DNA of 64,000 bases from an uncultured Actinomycetes bacterium (GTDB lineage: Bacteria; Actinomycetota; Acidimicrobiia; Spongiisociales; DATADW01): contig CAVTEU010000007.1 of NCBI GenBank assembly GCA_963733905.1, forward strand, positions 277,840 through 341,839. The letters run 5' to 3'. A model generated the notes under the pieces. The model was not told the origin of the DNA. It did no database searches and saw only the letters and a program-made list of their open reading frames with translations. A program made the position numbers and the translations under genes. This document shows, one piece after another, positions 59,640 to 64,000 of this stretch (its first letter is position 1; every line of letters begins with the position of its first letter).

Positions 59640-60934
59640 GGCACGGTCCGCAGGCGCTGGCCCATGGTTGTCGCCGCCGCACGTGGGTGTGGTCGTGGTG
59701 GCAGGTGCCGCCTCGCTGGCGGTTGATCAGTCTCACCGATCCGGGTCCCACGACCACAGTGCCCCGCTCCAACCACCACCGTTCCCCTGGCTCTCGAGGA
59801 GACGGTCCTTCCCGAAGTGACGGAACGGGACTTCTTCACCGGGACCGCGTGAGCACAGGGCGGGGAACGACCGTACCGGCGCCTTCGATGCGGAGCCGGT
59901 CAGCTCCGCCCAGGGCCATTACTGGGTGCGTCCCACGCAGCAACCGATTGACGCGGCGCCGGTGGCATACGGGAGCATGCTCCTCGTCGCCGGCAACGAC
60001 AGCACCCTCTACGGTCTCCACCAGGAGACCGGCGGCGTCATCTGGAGGCTGTTGGCGGATGGGCCGATACACACAGCCCCCGCCATCGGGACCATCGAGA
60101 CCGCCGATGCCGCGTCCCCTGCCATCGTCGTGGTGGCCGGCGACGACGGGATCGTGCGCGCCCGCGAGGCGCTGCCCGACAGGGTCACCGAGCGCTGGGC
60201 GGTCCAACTCGGCGAGCGGATCCGCTCGTCGCCCGCAGTGGCCGACGGCGTCGTCTACGCGGCGACCAGCGAAGGCTCGGTGCACGCTCTCGATCTTGGG
60301 ACCGGATCCGAGCTGTGGCGGTTCCCCAGACGAGGGACCGTGGGGCCGGTCAGCGCCGATCTCGACCCTCCACGATGGCGTGCTCTACGTAACGACAAGC
60401 GATTCGACCGGCAATGTCATCCTGATCGACACCGCCACCGGCGAGGAGATATGCCGCCGGGAGACCGACGCACCCATCGAGGTCAACCCGATCGTCTCCG
60501 ATGAGGTGGTCTACGTCTCCAACACGGGCAGTCAGGTGTACATGTTCCCCGCCGGTGTCTGCAACGGCCTGGTCGCCGGCGACCCCCATCACTCCTGCGG
60601 GAGAGACCGGTCATCGTCTGCTCCGGCGATCCGCGACAACGTGATGTACATCGGCGAGGGCACGTTCCTCTATGCGATCGATCTCGCCACCAACACGGGG
60701 ATCTGGGAAGAGGTGGTGCAGGCCGGAGAGCAGTTTGGCTCGGTGACGGTGGCGGGCGATGTCGTCTACGCCGGCTCGGACGACGGGAATCTGTACGCGG
60801 TCGATGCCGACACCGGTGAGACCTTGTGGACGTGGCAAACGGGAGGTCCGGTCCGGGCGGCTACCGCCGTCATCGACCACATCGTCTATGCGGTGAGCCT
60901 CGACGGGATGGTCTACGCCATCGGAGGCGAATGA
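59640..60934 (+). pseudogene. PQQ-like (BamB/YxaL-type) beta-propeller repeat protein, several frameshifts
   Basis: Repeated blades are seen: GSMLLVAGNDSTLYGLHQETGGVIW, DGVVYAATSEGSVHALDLGTGSELW, DGVLYVTTSDSTGNVILIDTATGEE, GDVVYAGSDDGNLYAVDADTGETLW, IVYAVSLDGMVYAIGGE-stop. The 5' end is approximate. Confidence 0.65.
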
Positions 60935-60949
60935 GTAGTCGCCGCCCCG

Positions 60950-61000
60950 CCAACCCTGGGTTGGGGAGTACCCGGTGGGTAGCTGCCAACCCAGGGTTGG
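60950..61000. repeat. 51-bp inverted-repeat unit (left copy) containing two 15-bp perfect palindromes CCAACCC(T/A)GGGTTGG
   Basis: CCAACCCTGGGTTGG-GGAGTACCCGGTGGGTAGCTG-CCAACCCAGGGTTGG. Its reverse complement matches 63099-63149 at 48/51 positions. Confidence 0.9.
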
Positions 61001-61157
61001 AGCGCATTGGGGCGGGTGCCGGACCCGGAAGGGGCCGGGAAGTGGGGAGTCGACACATGTGTGGCCCCGGCCGGGTCCGATCGGGGCGACGGCGCCGTTG
61101 GTGCGGGCGGCGCCGTCGCCTGCTCGACCGGTTCATGCCCCGACGGGGCCTCGCATG

Positions 61158-61560
61158 TCAGCGGTACTCGATCCCGGGGAGGAGTCGCCCGGGAAGCCGG
61201 CCCGGTGCGGATCACGGTGCCCGTCCACCAGCATCCTCCCGTCGGCGAGATCGCTCCGAGCTCCACCGGTCCGCCGCATCGAGCGGCCAGGCGACGCCCT
61301 CCGGATCTACCGAAGGGCTGATGTTCCGGCGGCGACGTCTCCGGGGTGGTCGCCACAGTGGCGGTGCGCAGCATCATCGGTGCCGCCAGCAGCACGAGAC
61401 AAAGACGGCAGCCATCGGCGAGATCACCCGGAGCTGCCAGCGGGGCGGCTGTCTGCCGGGCAGCGGCGAGTGGCCGGCGGTCTCGACGACCGCCGTCCTC
61501 AGCATCGCCTCGATCTCGTTCCTGATACCGGGGCGTGGACGGCACTCTGGGGTGGTTTGA
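61158..61560 (-). pseudogene. putative anti-sigma / single-pass membrane protein downstream of the ECF sigma gene, multiple frameshifts
   Basis: IRNEIEAMLRTAVVETAGH, the TM-like AAVFVS..LVLLAAPMML, and the short extracytoplasmic tail ...MLVDGHRDPHRAGFPGDSSPGIEYR-stop were pieced from 3 frames. A GCCCC-GTC-GGGGC hairpin follows the stop. This is a weak call. Confidence 0.3.
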
Positions 61561-62161
61561 GCTCAGGCAAGCTCGGCCTCCATCGGCCCAGTCCGAGCGG
61601 TGGATGACCGCTGCCGATCATGGAGCGCATCCGCCTCCGTGCCCTGCTGAGCCGGAGCCGAGCGGCATTGGCGCTCACCTCGAGCGCCAGAGCCGCCTCT
61701 TGCGGGCTGAGACCATGCAGCGCAACCAACTCGAGGACGTCCCGCTCACCACACGGAGAGCAGTTCGAGGGCGGCCTCGATCTCGGGTCGTTGACGGGCG
61801 GCATCGATCGCCGCCACGACGTCGTCTTCCTCGGCCGAGTCGAAGTGCGGCATCGACCCTCCGACCCGCGATCGCAGCCTGTCCATCGGTGGTCGCGCCG
61901 CATCTGGCCCATCCACAGTCTTCTGGTGATCCCGAGCAGCCAGGGCAGAGCCGTGGGAAGCTCCTCGCGGTAACGGGGCGCCGCCTCGAGTGCAACCAGG
62001 AAGGTGTCGCCGACGAGGTCGGCCGCTTCGTGCGCATTGCGCACCCGGCGGAGGGCGAACCCCGTCACCGCGCCGACATGACGACGGAAGAGCGTGGCGT
62101 ATGCGTCGGCATCGCCACGCACCGTCGCCGCAAGCAGTTCCCCATCGGAGGGACCGGTCAT
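61499..62161 (-). pseudogene. ECF (group 4) sigma-70 family RNA polymerase sigma factor, internal frameshifts
   Basis: Region 2 is GDADAYATLFRRHVGAVTGFALRRV...AADLVGDTFLVALE. Region 4 is ERDVLELVALHGLSPQEAALALEVSANAARLRLSRARRRM. The linker (FDSAEEDDVVAAIDAARQRPEIEAALELL) is in another frame. The real stop is uncertain. Confidence 0.8.
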
Positions 62162-62186
62162 TCCACGTCTCCGCTTCCCAACCAGG

Positions 62187-63038
62187 TCATGTCACCACCG
62201 AGCCCCGCATGTCGCCGGCATCAGCACGGTCGAGGTACTCGGCCGATGCCTGGTACGCCAGTTGGAAACGACGTTCGGCCAGACCTGGGTCTATTTGCCG
62301 CAAGCGCTGCCCCGGGGGGTCGCACCGCCCCGGTCGGGCAGGACATGCGCCACCACGCCGGGCGGGCAGCGACGCCATGTCTGCCGAAGAAGCGGTGCCG
62401 GCGCGCCACCTCGAGCGCCACCTGCGCCACCTCCCAAGGCAGACGCGGGCACGGTGAGCTTCCGCTCGATCCGCCCCACCTGGAGCACGTAGATGGTGGT
62501 CGCCCCCAGGTCGAAAGCTCGGCGCACCGGGATGCTGTTGACGATCCCACCGTCGATGTAGTGCTCGCCGCCGATCTCGACCGGTGGGAACAGGCCAGGC
62601 ACCGACGAAGAGGCGAGTATCGGCTCGACCAGAGACCCGCTGCTGAACCACTGCTCGGCGGAACGCTCGATCGACGCCGCCACGCACTGGAACTCGACCA
62701 CCAGGTCCTCGAAACGCTCCGGCAACCACTCAGACGAGCATGGCTCGCAACGGGCTTATCGAGTAGAGGTGGGTCCGGGAACGAAAGGCGTTGAGGGCAG
62801 TGGCGAAAAGCCCGCCACCGAACATCTCCTGCTCGTCGAGGCTCAACCACACCGATCGAAGCCTGGCCACCCCTTCCAGGGTCGGGTCGGCGGCGATGCC
62901 AGCGCCATTGATCGCCCCTATGGAGGTCCCTACGACCAGGTCGGCGGCGATCCCGTGCTCGATGAGCGCCTGGAGCATCCCCACCTCGTAGGCGCCGAGC
63001 GGTCCGCCGCCACCGAGGACGAACGCGGTGCGACCCAT
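62187..63038 (-). pseudogene. patatin-like phospholipase, >=3 frameshifts
   Basis: The oxyanion motif is VLGGGGPLGAYEVG. The nucleophile motif is GTSIGAING. The catalytic Asp is in YIDGGIVNSIP. A 1-nt insertion creates TGA between LRAMLV and EWLPERFEDL. The C-terminal third is split over 3 frames. Confidence 0.8.
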
Positions 63039-63063
63039 CGCCGGAGGATACGGCAGGCACGCC

Positions 63064-63180
63064 CCAACCCAGGGTTGGTGGCAACATCACCTGTGACACC
63101 AACCCAGGGTTGGCAGCTACCTACCAGGTACTCCCCAACCCAGGGTTGGCAGAACGTCAGGTACTCCCGACCCAGGTTGG
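63064..63180. repeat. array of four palindrome units (three perfect CCAACCCAGGGTTGG plus one degenerate) in the patatin/kinase divergent promoter region; includes the right 51-bp inverted-repeat copy (63099-63149)
   Basis: Perfect copies are at 63064-63078, 63099-63113 and 63135-63149. A degenerate copy, CCGACCCAGGTTGG, is at 63167-63180. The last two lie in direct ~33-nt repeats CAGGTACTCCC(C/-)... ending at the ATG at 63186. Confidence 0.9.
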
Positions 63181-63185
63181 GAGAC

Positions 63186-63640
63186 ATGGACGACCTCAGG
63201 ATCCCGGTGCCGTCGCTGGTCATCCTCGCCGGCCCGTCGGGAGCCGGGAAGTCGGCGTGGGCGGAGGAATGGTTCCGCCCCGACCAGGTGGTGTCATCTG
63301 ATCGGTTGCGGAGCCTCGTCGGTGAGGGCGAGCACGACCAGGCAGCCGGAGAGGCCGCCTTCGACCTCCTCGAACGGGTGCTCGACCATCGGATGGCGAG
63401 GAGGCTGCTCACCGTCGTGGACACCCTGGGGATGAACGCCGAGCGGCGGTCTGCCTGGCGGGAGCGGGCCAGGGCTGCGGGTATGCCGGCGTTTGTGGTG
63501 GCATTCGACACCCCGCCGGCGGTGTGCCGCACCCGCAACAGGAGCCGGCCCGACCCCGTCCCCGACCGGGTGCTCGGATCCCAGCTGCGCCGCTGGCCAG
63601 GAGAGCGCGAGAGGATCGACGCGGAGATCATGGGACGGTG
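63186..63640 (+). CDS. AAA_33 / polynucleotide-kinase-like P-loop kinase domain (probably the N-terminal part of a kinase-LLM fusion)
   Basis: Walker A is LVILAGPSGAGKS. SSDRLRSLVGE...TVVDTLGM...FVVAFDTPPAVCRTRN follows. The frame changes near 63625 with no stop in the joined frames. Confidence 0.65.
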
Positions 63641-63726
63641 TACTCACTCCTGGCCCGGTCCGACTCGTGCTCCCTGGGTTCGGGACATCCGACGAGGCGG
63701 CGCGCCGTCAATCGGAGGACCCCAAG

Positions 63727-64000
63727 CCGCTTCGGTTCGGCCTGCAGATCTCGCGCTTTGCATGGGAGGGCGGCGCGGCCACGACTCGCCGACCACCTCG
63801 CCGCGGCGGCGGTCACCGCCGAGCAGGCCGGGTTCGAGGGTCTGTGGGTCATGGACCACCTCCTGCAAATCCCCCAGGTGGGGAGGGTGTGGGAGGATCT
63901 GCCCGAGAGCACCACGACGCTCGGTTTCCTGGCGGGGATCACCACGGGCATCGGGTTGGGAACGCTGGTCACCCCGGTGACCTTCCGGGCACCCGGGCTC
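63727..64000 (+). pseudogene. LLM-class flavin/F420-dependent oxidoreductase domain (partial, runs off the window; 1 frameshift near 63780)
   Basis: PLRFGLQISRF..., then LADHLAAAAVTAEQAGFEGLWVMDHLLQIPQVG...LGFLAGITTGIGLGTLVTPVTFRAPG is the typical LLM N-terminal pattern. Confidence 0.6.

Noticed and set aside
60950-63149. Integron attC sites or a gene cassette flanked by attC.
   Set aside because: The palindromes do not fit the R''/R' core consensus (RYYYAAC ... GTTRRRY); GTTGGCA and GTTGGTG fail the purine positions. No intI gene is present.
63064-63180. Possible mini-CRISPR array, because of regularly spaced palindromic repeats.
   Set aside because: The repeat core is only 15 bp, and the spacers are ~20 nt and partly repeated themselves. 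Only 4 units are present, there are no cas genes in the window, and an inverted partner copy lies 2.1 kb away. This is not CRISPR-like.

Overview
Very GC-rich, actinobacterial-looking chromosomal segment; the taxonomy is inferred from protein sequence style only. It starts at the end of an rrn operon: the last ~27 nt of 23S rRNA, then a complete 5S rRNA.

Main gene content, in order:
- A minus-strand peptide-utilisation block: S9 peptidase, a Dpp/Opp-type ABC transporter with a fused permease/ATPase gene, and a DmpA aminopeptidase.
- An HDAC-family amidohydrolase divergent from a P5C-type aldehyde dehydrogenase.
- Two O-acetylhomoserine sulfhydrylase (metY) paralogs. One is divergent from a Bcp peroxiredoxin, the other sits behind an OsmC gene.
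- GGT, SURF1, an Orn/DAP decarboxylase and a GH15 hydrolase.
- A visibly lower-GC block: AraC regulator, VOC, DUF1801, VOC and a UvrA-like ATPase.
- PhoU, GlgX, and a NitT/TauT-type ABC transporter with a Dabb / amidohydrolase / 2-hydroxyacid dehydrogenase cluster.
- An SBP-VWA operon, and a degenerate ATPase/TPR gene followed by a PQQ-type beta-propeller.
- A patatin / ECF sigma / anti-sigma module, then a kinase-LLM oxidoreductase gene running off the window.

No CRISPR array, tRNA, transposase or integrase was recognised.

Main second-look items:
1. An in-frame TGA sits exactly at the catalytic Cys of the Bcp peroxiredoxin, with a SECIS-like hairpin 14 nt downstream. This is a candidate selenoprotein.
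2. Two 51-bp inverted repeats (48/51 identical) bracket the patatin / ECF sigma / anti-sigma module. They are built from a perfect 15-bp palindrome, CCAACCCAGGGTTGG, which also occurs as an array in the adjacent divergent promoter.
3. About half the genes are split by frameshifts while several 1.2-2.4 kb genes are intact. This non-uniform pattern needs read-level checking before anything is called a pseudogene.
4. The lower-GC AraC-VOC-UvrA-like block looks horizontally acquired and may be a genotoxin or xenobiotic resistance island.
5. A (GCCGTCY)4 heptamer repeat is present at two unrelated intergenic sites.
6. The OsmC-metY leader carries interleaved perfect repeats with pseudoknot topology.

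All coordinates of frameshifted genes are reconstructions from joining ORF-track frames by eye and are approximate.
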